DNA of 63,879 nt, filler included, from Octopus bimaculoides (taxonomy: Eukaryota), in the NCBI RefSeq assembly GCF_001194135.2. It is 8 parts of 7 records of this genome, joined end to end, with 100 filler letters (N's around TTAATTAATTAA, not from the genome) between each part and the next. Parts side by side here need not be neighbours in the genome. Positions count along the whole stretch, not along the records: positions 27,029 to 49,223 come from NC_068988.1; positions 49,324 to 56,177 come from NC_068987.1; positions 56,278 to 57,650 come from NW_026309285.1; positions 57,751 to 59,042 come from NC_068985.1; positions 59,143 to 60,896 come from NW_026413074.1; positions 60,997 to 62,210 come from NW_026324888.1; 2 more parts are not named here. One strand, 5' to 3'. Below, one piece after another: positions 49,194 to 61,600 of the stretch (the stretch's first letter is position 1; every line of letters begins with the position of its first letter). A model generated the notes under the pieces. It did no database searches. It was given only the letters and a program-made list of their open reading frames with translations, and was not told where the DNA came from. A program made the position numbers and the translations under genes.

Positions 49194-49381
49194 TATGTAT
49201 ATATGTATGTATATATATATATANNNNNNNNNNNNNNNNNNNNNNNNNNNNNNNNNNNNNNNNNNNNTTAATTAATTAANNNNNNNNNNNNNNNNNNNNN
49301 NNNNNNNNNNNNNNNNNNNNNNNGAAAGAAAGAAAGAAAGAAAGAATAGAGGAACGAGAAACAAAGAAAGGCATGAAAAGA

Positions 49382-49448
<67 letters not shown>

Positions 49449-49884
49449 ATCGCTAATTCGGTAAGGTCATCATAGATGTCTTTCGATGTTGTAAACAGTT
49501 TCACACCTGTCGAAGCAGTCACCAGTCTGTCCAGGTGAAAGTTAATTAGTAACTGCCGATTTATTTATTTTCATGGCAGTTTTGAAGTTTGCTGCTGCTA
49601 CTGCTGTTGCTATCGCTGCTGCTGTTGTTATTGTTGTTGTTGTTGCTGTAGAGTTTGCTAACCAAATGTCAGCTGTTTCTCCTCAGTGGGGTAGATGGAG
49701 TGGTTTGGTAATAGGTGCGAGGTAGGGGTGGTATTGTATCAGTAAGTGGACTGTAGTGGCGGCCATGTGGAGAGGAGGTGCTGAATGGCCAAAACGAGTC
49801 GTTGTTGTTTAGCCTCGAGTCAGTCCTGATCCAGGTAACATGTCATCCAAAACAAGTTGCTATTGTTGGTATTATTGTTGTAAG

Positions 49885-50305
49885 CCCGCCGGACAAAATG
49901 CCTCGGGGCATTTCGTTCGTCTTTACGTTCTTATTTCTTTACTGCCCACAAGGGGCTACACACAAAGGGGACAAACAAGGACATACAAACGGCTTAAGTC
50001 GATTATATCGACCCCAGTGTATAACTGGTACTTATTTAATCGACCCCGAAAGGATGAAAGGCAAAATCGACCTCGGCGGAATTTGAACTCAGAACGTAAC
50101 GGCTGACGAAATACCGCTAAGCATTTCGCCCGGCGTGCTATCGTTTCTGCCAGCTCGCCGCCTTTACGTTCGTCTTGACGTTCTGAGTTCAAATTCCGCC
50201 GAGGTCGATAAAACAAGTACCGGTTGAACACTAGGGGTGGGGCGGGGGTTGACGTAATCGACTAGCCGCCTCTTTCAAAATGACAAGCCTTCTGCCTAGA
50301 GTAGA
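49885..50305. mobile_element. Nested SINE A: tailed copy (49931-50164, minus) inserted in a plus-strand host copy
   Basis: Host split at GTCTTTACGTTC|TGAGTTC. Duplication GTCTTTACGTTC (49919-30) and GTCTTGACGTTC (50172-83). Confidence 0.85.
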
Positions 50306-50386
50306 AAGAGTCGTAGTCGTTGTTATTATTGTTGTTGTGGTTCTTCTTATTGTTGTAGTTAGTTGTCGTCGTCATCGTCGTCATCG

Positions 50387-50441
<55 letters not shown>

Positions 50442-50567
50442 GCTTCAAACCAGTCCTGATTCAGCAGACATGTAATCCAAAGTTCTCCAGTCGTAATTAT
50501 TCTGTTCCTTTGATGTGTGTGTATGTGTATGTGTGTGTGTGTGTGAAAAGAGAGAGACAGAGAAGGG

Positions 50568-50631
<64 letters not shown>

Positions 50632-50754
50632 TAAACAGACAAACAGACAGACAGGGGAAAGTGTTAAGAATATACTTTCGTGGTTCTAACATTATCTGAA
50701 AGAAATTCGGGGTGAAAGCCAGTCTGGAGTGTGAAATTCTAATATAATATTCTT

Positions 50755-50905
50755 TTCTACTCTAGGCACAAGGCCCGAAATTTTTAGGGAGGGGGCTAGC
50801 CGAATTAGATCGACCCCAGTACGCAAATGGTACTTAATTTATCGACCCCGAAAGGATGAAAGGCAAAGTCGACCTCAGCGAAATTTTAACTCAGAACGTA
50901 GCGAC
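50755..50905 (-). mobile_element. SINE family A 3' part
   Basis: CTCTAGGCACAAGGCCCGAAATTTT...TCGACCCCGAAAGGATGAAAGGCAAAGTCGACC. Confidence 0.9.
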
Positions 50906-51194
50906 GGGAGAAATATAATATAATATAATGTGTATAAGCGTGTGTATTTGAGAGTGAGTGACTGAGAGGAGAGGGATAGAGTGCCATGTGACAGGAATTA
51001 ATTTATAATTATTCATATTCTTGGGAATATCTGGTCAGTAACATCGAGCTGAAGTGTGGTAGACAACACAGAAAAGTCTACCTACTGATGCTTAAGTGAC
51101 TATGAAATTATCTATATTCCACATGCGATATGTTGGAAGATGACCACTAAGCTAACAATAACAGTTTAAATAGCGACTATTGAGTGATTAGAAC

Positions 51195-51455
51195 GTCGGG
51201 CTTACATTCATGAGGTTGTGAATTCGATTCCAAGACCAGACTGTGGGTTGTGTTCTTGAGCAAGACACTTCATTTTACGTCAGTCAGCCGTAGAAACGAG
51301 TTGTGACATCACCGGTGCCATGCCAGGTTCTTTGCCTTTCCCTTGGACAACATCGGTGGCGTGCAGAGGGGAGACTAGTATGCATGGGTGACTGCTGGTC
51401 TTCCACAAACAACCTTGCCCAGACTTGTGCCTCGGAGGCAAACTTTCTAGGTTCA
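51195..51455 (+). mobile_element. tRNA-derived SINE (distinct body, family E)
   Basis: GAATTCGATTCC B-box-like and GTTCTTGAGCAAGACAC, followed by a body not seen in families A-D. Confidence 0.6.
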
Positions 51456-51506
51456 ATCCCATAATCTCTCTCTTTCTCTCTCTCTCTCACACACACACAC
51501 ACATAC

Positions 51507-51537
<31 letters not shown>

Positions 51538-51742
51538 CATGTGTATATATATATGTATGTATANNNNNNNNNNNNNNNNNNNNNNNNNNNNNNNNNNNNN
51601 NNNNNNNNNNNNAGTATGCATGGGTGACTGCTGGTCTTCCACAAACAACCTTGCCCAGACTTGTGCCTCGGAGGCAAACTTTCTAGGTTCAATCCCATAA
51701 TCTCTCTCTTTCTCTCTCTCTCTCACACACACACACACATAC

Positions 51743-51773
<31 letters not shown>

Positions 51774-52169
51774 CATGTGTATATATATATGTATGTATAG
51801 AAACACACACACACATATATATATGCATGTATGTTTGTATGTATACAATGGAATATATATATATATGAGTGCTCGTGTGAGTTGAGTGTGTGCAAATATT
51901 TTCCTCTACAATTATCTCTAGTTAATTTGTTTACATTTACAAATATGTGTGTGGTCAGTGTAGCAATGTCCATATCTATGTATAACTGTATATGTATGTG
52001 TCACTATATAGGTATGTATATGTATGTATATTTATACACTTATGCGTCTGTATCAGTGTGTGTGTGTGTGCGCGCGCGAACACACACACACATGTAATAC
52101 ATATTTACATATAGTTAAATATATAATACATATACACCTTTCTATACTTATATACATACATACATCCAT

Positions 52170-52213
<44 letters not shown>

Positions 52214-52243
52214 GTATGTATATATGTATGTATGTATGTGTAT

Positions 52244-52283
<40 letters not shown>

Positions 52284-52947
52284 NNNNNNNNNNNNNNNNN
52301 NNNNNNNNNNNNNNNNNNNNNNNNNNNNNNNNNNNNNNNNNNNNNNNNNNNNNNNNNNNNNNNNNNNNNNNNNNNNNNNNNNNNNNNNNNNNNNNNNNNN
52401 NNNNNNNNNNNNNNNNNNNNNNNNNNNNNNNNNNNNNNNNNNNNNNNNNNNNNNNNNNNNNNNNNNNNNNNNNNNNNNNNNNNNNNNNNNNNNNNNNNNN
52501 NNNNNNNNNNNNNNNNNNNNNNNNNNNNNNNNNNNNNNNNNNNNNNNNNNNNNNNNNNNNNNNNNNNNNNNNNNNNNNNNNNNNNNNNNNNNNNNNNNNN
52601 NNNNNNNNNNNNNNNNNNNNNNNNNNNNNNNNNNNNNNNNNNNNNNNNNNNNNNNNNNNNNNNNNNNNNNNNNNNNNNNNNNNNNNNNNNNNNNNNNNNN
52701 NNNNNNNNNNNNNNNNNNNNNNNNNNNNNNNNNNNNNNNNNNNNNNNNNNNNNNNNNNNNNNNNNNNNNNNNNNNNNNNNNNNNNNNNNNNNNNNNNNNN
52801 NNNNNNNNNNNNNNNNNNNNNNNNNNNNNNNNNNNNNNNNNNNNNNNNNNNNNNNNNNNNNNNNNNNNNNNNNNNNNNNNNNNNNNNNNNNNNNNNNNNN
52901 NNNNNNNNNNNNNNNNNNNNNNNNNNNNNNNNNNNNNNNNNNNNNNA

Positions 52948-53165
52948 AGGCGGTGCTCCAGCATGGCCACAGTCAAATGACTGAAACAAGTAAAAGAGTA
53001 TAAATTCCCCACCTGGACGGGACGCCGGTCTGTCGTAGGATTACTCATTTTTGCCAGCTGAGCGAACTGGAACGACGTGAAAGGAAGTGATATTTTTTTT
53101 TTGCTCAAGACCACAACGTATCGCCTGGCCCAGGAATCGAAACCACAATCTAACGATCATGAGTT
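52948..53165. mobile_element. SINE B 3' end (plus) abutting a family D SINE (minus, 53003-53165)
   Basis: AAGGCGGTGCTCCAGCATGGCCACAG...GAAACAAGTAAAAGAG, then CCTGGACGGGACGCC...GGAATCGAAACCAC. Confidence 0.75.
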
Positions 53166-53351
53166 GGGAATGATGACAACCGTTCTGTCTATAAAATGCC
53201 AAGGTATTGTTCCTATAATTTGAAATAAAAAAATATTATCGAGCTAATTAGGGTAGTGTTTCTCCATTGAAAGTAGGCTTCCCGAGAAGAGGGGATTCTG
53301 AAGATTGAAATGGTGGCGGACAATTTGCCACGTTTAATAAGATTAAGATGG

Positions 53352-53605
53352 CTGGTGGCTAAGATCAAGGAGGTGCTCGAAGATTCTCCCAATGACACAG
53401 TGAGATTGCATGCACCAGGTTTCAGGGACGTCTAGAGGCCGTAGTGAAAGCCGAGGGCGGCTACTTTAAGTAAACTGCAATCTACCAGCCATAATCTTTT
53501 TATATTTTTTTAAACTTTTTGTAAAATACTTTTTTTATATTTGGATGAGATATTGTGCCTTGTTTTCCTTTTATGCAAAATGTCAAGTTTAGCCTGAACA
53601 CCCTG
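53352..53605 (+). mobile_element. Tc1/mariner (maT/DD37D-like) 3' end
   Basis: LVAKIKEVLEDSPNDTVR...(frameshift)...GRLEAVVKAEGGYFK* (stop 53471-73). Terminal ...GTCAAGTTTAGCCTGAACACCCTG followed by TA. Confidence 0.8.
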
Positions 53606-53802
53606 TATGTATGCGCGCGTGCGTGTATGTACCTGTGTGTATGTGCGTGGGCGCGCTCGTGTGCGTGTGTTTGTGCGTACTACATACCAGTCAATTCCAT
53701 TACACGCTACTACTAGAGGTACCGTCAAAACGACCACAACCACTACTACTATTACTGCTACCACCACCACCACCACCACCACCACCATTGCNNNNNNNNN
53801 NC

Positions 53803-53847
<45 letters not shown>

Positions 53848-54292
53848 ATGCGTAGTATCCAGAACAGATGTGTGGATGTTTTTACAGTTTGCTTTATATC
53901 TTCAATTTAGTTCCGTTAGTCTTGATGGAGTATAAAACTTAGCACCTACTTGACAATTGAATAACAAAAACTGGTCTCTCTCTTTCTCTTGTTCTCTCTC
54001 TCTCCTCTCTGTCCCTCTCTGTATGTATGTATGTATGTATGTATGTATGTACGTATGTGTGTATGCATGTATGTTTGTATGTTATGTGCGCAGATAGATA
54101 GACATATTACATATATACAAATATATATTCATATATGTATATGTGTGTGTGTGCGCGTGCGTGTGTATGTGTATGTGTGTGTGTGCGTGTGTATAAATTC
54201 ACATTAGTATGCGTAGATAGATAGACATACTTATGCAGACAAATATATATATATATACATATGTACATGTACTTACATGTGTGCGCATGAGG

Positions 54293-54345
<53 letters not shown>

Positions 54346-54767
54346 TACATACATGCATACATACATATATATGTATGTGTGTATGTGTGTGCATATGTGT
54401 GTGTGTATGCATGTGTGTGTGTGTGTGTGTGTGTGTTTGCACGCGCGCTTTATCTAGAGAAATCAACTGACCAAGTGGCGATTGTATAGGAACCATCATC
54501 CAATATCAAACAGCATCGAAGAGCGTAAAGTCAGATTAACAGGGCGGACATTGTTAGAGAGCTAATGACGAAATTGTTAGTGAAAGTTCTTTATGAGACC
54601 TTATACAAGGAAGAGCTAGCAGTGGACGACAAGCCAAGATTTATATCAAGCAGATTTATGATGACATAAACTGCAATCCCACTGACCTGTCGAACACGCT
54701 ATGTTTAAGATGGCGTATTTTACATTGTATCGTATATTTGTGTAATATATATATTTATATATATATG

Positions 54768-54951
54768 TAACCTCGTGGGCATCGGTACCATTTTCCTCTT
54801 TCTCCGTTCTTCCATTCTCCGAACTTTCCATCTTTCCGACGAAGGGCTACGCCCGAAACGTCATACACTCTTTCTTTCCTTTCCTGAGCGTCCAATAACA
54901 CTATCCATATCACGTCCTCACTTTGTTGTTTTTTGTTATTGTATTTTTGAA

Positions 54952-54952
<1 letters not shown>
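54768..54952 (+). mobile_element. Penelope-like fragment with hammerhead-like motif (54836-54862), flanked by (TA)n
   Basis: CCGACGA-A-GGGC-TAC-GCCC-GAAACGTC. Confidence 0.6.
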
Positions 54953-55016
<64 letters not shown>

Positions 55017-55070
55017 GTATATATATAGAATGCAGTAATTAAAAATGGAGCAGAAAAGTCATTGTATCTG

Positions 55071-56177
55071 CTATGGTGTAGCTGAAATATTTGCAAATTC
55101 CATAGTCCGATAGTATTCGTGGTCATCATGTACTAAACCCAGTTTCATTGCTGCCTCTTTGTAGCTATGGTAAACTACACTATTAATAGTCCTCATATCT
55201 TCAAATAATGTAGCTCCGGGAATAGTAAAGCTCTCAGATAGAATTGCTCCTGTTTCGTTAGTGAAACAAAGTAGATACCTCGCATTTGAGTGTGTATTAT
55301 TTTTTCTGAGATGCCACATTTTCTCACTGTTATTTCCATGTGTAAAATTCAGGGAAATCAGTATAGTGTAATGTACGTGCTAATGAGTTAACTGGTGATT
55401 CCCGGTTAACTCACATCCATTCAGTAAGAGTGGACCTGTCATGTGTGTGGATAACATGTTCGATATAATCATCGTCATTAAAGTAAATGTATTGCTGTTA
55501 GGATAAATGAACTATAAGCTGTTTGACTTCAGGATATGGACCATGTAATTTGAACCCTAAAATCCTCCAGACAGCCTCTGGTGAGGATACATAGCGGCCA
55601 TTGATATAATTTTCAATTTTATCTTTGTGCGTTTGTCGTGCATTGGTTTGTCCACTAGTATTGACTGTCATCCGATCATAACCTTTATGAATGTATTTGC
55701 TGATATATTTAACTGATTTTATAGATGCACATATCTCTACATTACAATGACCTCCATATTTGACTAAAAAGAAGGGGGAATATTTTACGATTATCTGAAC
55801 GATTATCTAATTCAGCATTAGACTTTGTAAATGTAGAACCATTATTTCGACGTCGGTAAAGTGGATAGCCATTATAACTGTGTAATGTATTTTCCTGAAA
55901 GTCTCTAGGGAAATGTTTTTTTCCCATCAACCATACATGTTGCATTGGGTTTATCTCTTCCACATGGACCATGTACCATTCTTTTGATGACACGTTGAAA
56001 CAGAATTGGTTGTGTTTGTGGATTTGGAAGTTCTGTATAAATAAATTTATTACAATGTTCTGGATCTTTAACGTATGACAATGGGGAAGTCCACGTTTTT
56101 GAAACTCTATAGTTCACATGTACTCTGCAACCTCTCCCAAAACATTCTTCTCCAAAATATTATGCAAGAGATCCCTA
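55071..56177 (-). mobile_element. Helitron Rep (HUH endonuclease) pseudogene fragment
   Basis: IEFQKRGLPHCH (HUH motif), RMVHGPCG, NGYPLYRRRNNG, CASIKSVKYISKYIHKGYD (Y2 motif), GRYVSSPEAVWRI and GATLFEDMRTINSVVYHSYKEAAMKLGLVHDD. Frameshifts and stops present; cut by a gap. Confidence 0.95.
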
Positions 56178-56479
56178 NNNNNNNNNNNNNNNNNNNNNNN
56201 NNNNNNNNNNNNNNNNNNNNNTTAATTAATTAANNNNNNNNNNNNNNNNNNNNNNNNNNNNNNNNNNNNNNNNNNNNATATGGTAGCATACGTCATATAT
56301 AATTTATAAAATGTGAGATTTTGTGCATATGTGTGTATATACGCCAGTTCATATGAGTGAATGCATTTATGAGATGAAGAAGTATCAGTGGCATGGAAGC
56401 ATGAGGGGGGTGTAGTGAGAGATATATATAGTGTTATATTCGACCCCAGAACGGAAAAACGGACGAAATATCGCTATGA

Positions 56480-56692
56480 TGATCAAGATGTGCCTTTCTA
56501 TTATAGGCACATGACCAGAAATCTAGGGGAGGGGGATAATCGATTTCATCGACCTCAGTGCTCCACTGGTACTTAATTTATCGACCCAGAAAGGATGAAT
56601 GGCAAAGCTGAGCTCGGCAGAATTTGATCTCAGACGGACGAAATGCCGTTAAACATTTCCTTCGGTGTGCTAACGTTTCTGCCAACACGCCG

Positions 56693-56735
<43 letters not shown>

Positions 56736-56890
56736 CCTTTCTACAATGAACTCAAGGCCGAAATATTGGTGCACGCATCGCAATTACATCAATACCATTG
56801 CTCGACTGGTATTTAATTTATCGTCCTCGACCCTCACAAAAGCGGAAGAAAAGCAAACTCGATCTCAGCGGAAGTTGAACACAGAACATG
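56480..56890 (-). mobile_element. Two SINE family A copies separated by (AAT)n
   Basis: Reverse-complement consensus matches at 56480-56697 and 56733-56890. Confidence 0.8.
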
Positions 56891-56999
56891 AAAACGGAAG
56901 TGACATATGCATCTATGTTCATACGATGTATGTGTAAAATGTTTCTATACATTGTACATACATATGTATGTGTGTGTGTGTATACATACAAACATGTAC

Positions 57000-57063
<64 letters not shown>

Positions 57064-57069
57064 ATTCTT

Positions 57070-57290
57070 TTCATCTTTTACTTGTTTTAGTCATGTGACT
57101 GCAGCCATGCTGGTGCACCACATTTTTTGTAGTCGAACAAATGGTCCTTAGGACGTATTTTAAAACCTCTGTCGGTCTTTTATGCCGAACAGTTAAATTA
57201 CTGGGGCATAAACATAACGACACCGGTTGTCAAATGATGATGGAGTAACAAACGCAGGCACAAAGACACACAGTTGTATACCTACCTACA

Positions 57291-57326
<36 letters not shown>

Positions 57327-57490
57327 TATACATCACGGGCTTCTTTCACTTTCCGTCTACTAAATCCACTATTCTACTATAACCCAATGCTATAGTAGGA
57401 GAAACATGCCCAGGGATCCACGCAGTGGGACTGAACCCAAAACCAATGAGTCAGGAAACACCCTTCCTACCATGTAGCCACGCCTGCACG
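57070..57490 (-). mobile_element. SINE family B with internal (CATA)n
   Basis: TTTTACTTGTTTTAGTCATGTGACTGCAGCCATGCTGG...GCAGTGGGACTGAACCC. Confidence 0.85.
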
Positions 57491-57526
57491 TTTATATACA
57501 TGTACACATGTATATATGTATGTATG

Positions 57527-57557
<31 letters not shown>

Positions 57558-57750
57558 ATGTGTGTATGTATATATATACATACAAACATACATATATTTA
57601 TATGTATATATTTGGATATATATATATGTGTATATGTATATATATATATANNNNNNNNNNNNNNNNNNNNNNNNNNNNNNNNNNNNNNNNNNNNTTAATT
57701 AATTAANNNNNNNNNNNNNNNNNNNNNNNNNNNNNNNNNNNNNNNNNNNN

Positions 57751-57807
<57 letters not shown>

Positions 57808-58507
57808 ATATATTGTATATTATATAATATAACACACATTTATGTACATAAATGTGTGTGTGCTATACACACACGTTTCAATTTTTATGTATACAAATTT
57901 GTGGTTATGTTTGTTTCTCTACGCTTGCGTGTGCACGCATATTTTCGTGTGTGTGTGTGTGAGTATGTGTGCGTGTATGTGTGTGTGTGTGTGTGTGTGT
58001 GCGTGTGTGTGAGTGTGTGTGTGTGTGCGTACGCAAAGCTGTGATTGAAGCAAAAAAACAATATTCTTTACCGGTGTATAGGAAATAATACTGACAAGCA
58101 ATAGGTTAAATAATGTAAAATATATTATAAGATATATTTTTAAACTATATAAATAGTTTAGCGATGGAACAAGGTATAAAAATCACATGGGGTTAGGGAG
58201 AGATGGAGATGAAGTAAGTGATGCAGAGAGAAAGGGAGAGAGCGAGAAAGTGAGTTAGAGAGTGATTGATCGATAGACAGATAGATGGATAGATAAATGG
58301 AAAAAACGTGGCGTTCTTATATATATTTTTTTCTCGTCCAGTGTTTGTTTATTAAGCGTAGTATGTCGAGAACGTAACCCTAACATGAGTATATAAACAG
58401 AGGAAACAGAGGCGGATTAGTTATTTTCCTATAATATACATAGGTTAGAATAACACTAGGTAGGTTTTACTTTTATTCAGTGCCCTTTTCGTACAACACA
58501 CACACAC

Positions 58508-58545
<38 letters not shown>

Positions 58546-59284
58546 NNNNNNNNNNAGCAGACCAAAAAAAAAAAAAGAAAAAAATCTCAGCTCTGAAGCC
58601 ACACCTCTTTGGAATAACCCTCCTCTCTAGAAGAGCTTCCCGCTAAACATACGGCTTTCTGCGACAATCTAGCCTTAGAAATGCTACTATTACAACAGAG
58701 AAAATACCGATAGAGAACAACGAATAGAGAGGAAAGTGTGGCTTGGTTAATATATGGCATAATATAATATAAATTTAAATATCAATGTAATATAATATAT
58801 GGTAATATAATATGAGTTTAATATAAATATAATTTAATATAATAGAAAAATATGATATAATAAAAATATAATATATAACATAATTTAATATGATAAAAAC
58901 ATTATATAAAAATATAATATAATAAAAAATAACTTGATATAACAGAAATATAATACATACATGCATACATACATACATACATACATACATACATGCATGC
59001 ATGCATACATACATACATATATACATACATGAGAACGTACATNNNNNNNNNNNNNNNNNNNNNNNNNNNNNNNNNNNNNNNNNNNNTTAATTAATTAANN
59101 NNNNNNNNNNNNNNNNNNNNNNNNNNNNNNNNNNNNNNNNNNCCATAGTCTTAGTGAAGTTAAATGCTTTTGTGTGTGTGTTTACTGGTATGTTATATGA
59201 GTCTTCTATGCCGTGTTTGCTCTGTGTATAGGAAATAGGTTTCGCAAAATATAAATCGTGCAGTCACAGTATTTGAAGAAGGAT

Positions 59285-59670
59285 TTCACGAGCAGGCTGT
59301 TCCGTCGATCAGATCAACTGGGACCCTTTATCGTAGTAACCGACGAAGTGCCATTGGTACATTTGATAAAGTAATCTGAATGCTGAAGGATTAAGGACCT
59401 CCCAACACAGTGTTTACTAGACTTAAAGACCTCGATCAAGCGGAGTGGCCCAGAGATTAGAGTGTTGCACTAACTATCGCAAGTTTGTGGTTTCGATTCC
59501 TAGACCGTGCAATTTGTTGTCTTCTTGAGCAAGACACTTCATTTCGAGTTGCTCCAGTTCACTCTGCGCCGTGAATGAATAACCCTGTTATGGACTGGTG
59601 TCGTATTTAGGGGTAATGTTGTGATGTTGATCATTTATACCCCATGGAAACAGGGTAATTTGTCCCGTGA
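59285..59670 (+). mobile_element. SINE C 3' fragment (59285-59355) and family D SINE (59440-59670)
   Basis: TTTCACGAGCAGGCTGTTCCGTCGATCAGATCAACTGG; GGTTTCGATTCCTAGAC...CTTGAGCAAGACAC...AACCCTGTTATGGACTGG. Confidence 0.7.
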
Positions 59671-59807
59671 GTTGTAGACTTCGAGACAGGCTTTGTTGTT
59701 TTCTAAAATTCATTTTTTCCCCCTTTGCAACACCGGAAAGTGCATCTTGGTTCAGTTTCGTTTTAGGTCAATCAAGGGATGAATAACCGCCAAGGAAGCT
59801 TGATAGT

Positions 59808-59840
<33 letters not shown>

Positions 59841-60046
59841 GCTTAAGGAAGGAAATCGAAAGACTAATTTGAGAGAGAGAGAGAGAGAGAGAGAAAGCAA
59901 GCGGATATCTGAATTGGCGACGGTAATGGAGAGGTAGACAGGGAGAGATTGGTGGAAAGAGGAGAGGGAATAGAAAGGGAGAGTGGGGAGAGAGACTATG
60001 TATGAATTAGAGACAGATAGATAGATCGGGAGGAAGAAAGATAGAT

Positions 60047-60105
<59 letters not shown>

Positions 60106-61381
60106 NNNNNNNNNNNNNNNNNNNNNNNNNNNNNNNNNNNNNNNNNNNNNNNNNNNNNNNNNNNNNNNNNNNNNNNNNNNNNNNNNNNNNNNNNNNNNNN
60201 NNNNNNNNNNNNNNNNNNNNNNNNNNNNNNNNNNNNNNNNNNNNNNNNNNNNNNNNNNNNNNNNNNNNNNNNNNNNNNNNNNNNNNNNNNNNNNNNNNNN
60301 NNNNNNNNNNNNNNNNNNNNNNNNNNNNNNNNNNNNNNNNNNNNNNNNNNNNNNNNNNNNNNNNNNNNNNNNNNNNNNNNNNNNNNNNNNNNNNNNNNNN
60401 NNNNNNNNNNNNNNNNNNNNNNNNNNNNNNNNNNNNNNNNNNNNNNNNNNNNNNNNNNNNNNNNNNNNNNNNNNNNNNNNNNNNNNNNNNNNNNNNNNNN
60501 NNNNNNNNNNNNNNNNNNNNNNNNNNNNNNNNNNNNNNNNNNNNNNNNNNNNNNNNNNNNNNNNNNNNNNNNNNNNNNNNNNNNNNNNNNNNNNNNNNNN
60601 NNNNNNNNNNNNNNNNNNNNNNNNNNNNNNNNNNNNNNCAATAGCTTGTGTAAACTCCTTATTAACAATAAAAAGAAGTAATATTAATAATGAACAAACA
60701 ATGGGGAAACGAATAGAGTGAGAAAAGAATAACAAAAACCAACGCAACGTCAACATTTGAAACGGGACGACGCCTTTAGGACTTCTGCGTTGGAGAAACA
60801 GACGTTTATACAACACGTACCAGATACTGACAAGTACTGGGTTCGATGGACGAACAACGTTGAAGGTGGTAGTCTACAATGGCTGCCGTCCAATGANNNN
60901 NNNNNNNNNNNNNNNNNNNNNNNNNNNNNNNNNNNNNNNNTTAATTAATTAANNNNNNNNNNNNNNNNNNNNNNNNNNNNNNNNNNNNNNNNNNNNATAC
61001 GAAGATAACAAACAATAAATATCTATTTTACGGTTGTATACCGTACGCTTCAACACATTGCTATCCAGATATACAATGATACAGTAATACACACAAAGAG
61101 ACATGCTTATATAAATGTATGCCTGCATGCAGATATGACTGTACGCGTGCAAACATGACTATAGACGATCCAACATGTGAGTCCCTGTCCAGGCGCTCGG
61201 CTACTAGAAATAGCAGCTGTAGGCAATCGTCTTGCACAAAGGATAAGCACGGTGACAGTGATGTATCCGTTTAATGTAGGCAGCTAGAATAAATATATGA
61301 TGGGACGCTTGTGATTGTTGTTTCACCTCTGATCAAAGCTCTGACCAAAAAACAATGGTTTAATGTATATATGTCTGTCTG

Positions 61382-61412
<31 letters not shown>

Positions 61413-61565
61413 NNNNNNNNNNNNNNNNNNNNNNNNNNNNNNNNNNNNNNNNNNNNNNNNNNNNNNNNNNNNNNNNNNNNNNNNNNNNNNNNNNNNNNNN
61501 NNNNNNNNNNNNNNNNNNNNNNNNNNNNNNNNNNNNNNNNNNNNNNNNNNNNNNNNNNNNNNNNN

Positions 61566-61600
<35 letters not shown>

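Noticed and set aside
51377-51799. Exact 187-bp direct repeat (51377-51563 and 51613-51799)
   Set aside because: The identical copies sit on either side of a short gap, typical of unmerged overlapping contig ends.
60730-60896. GC-richer open stretch (…QHVPDTDKYWVRW… or RTE-like LRWRNRRLYNTY)
   Set aside because: Too short, cut by a gap and ambiguous in frame.
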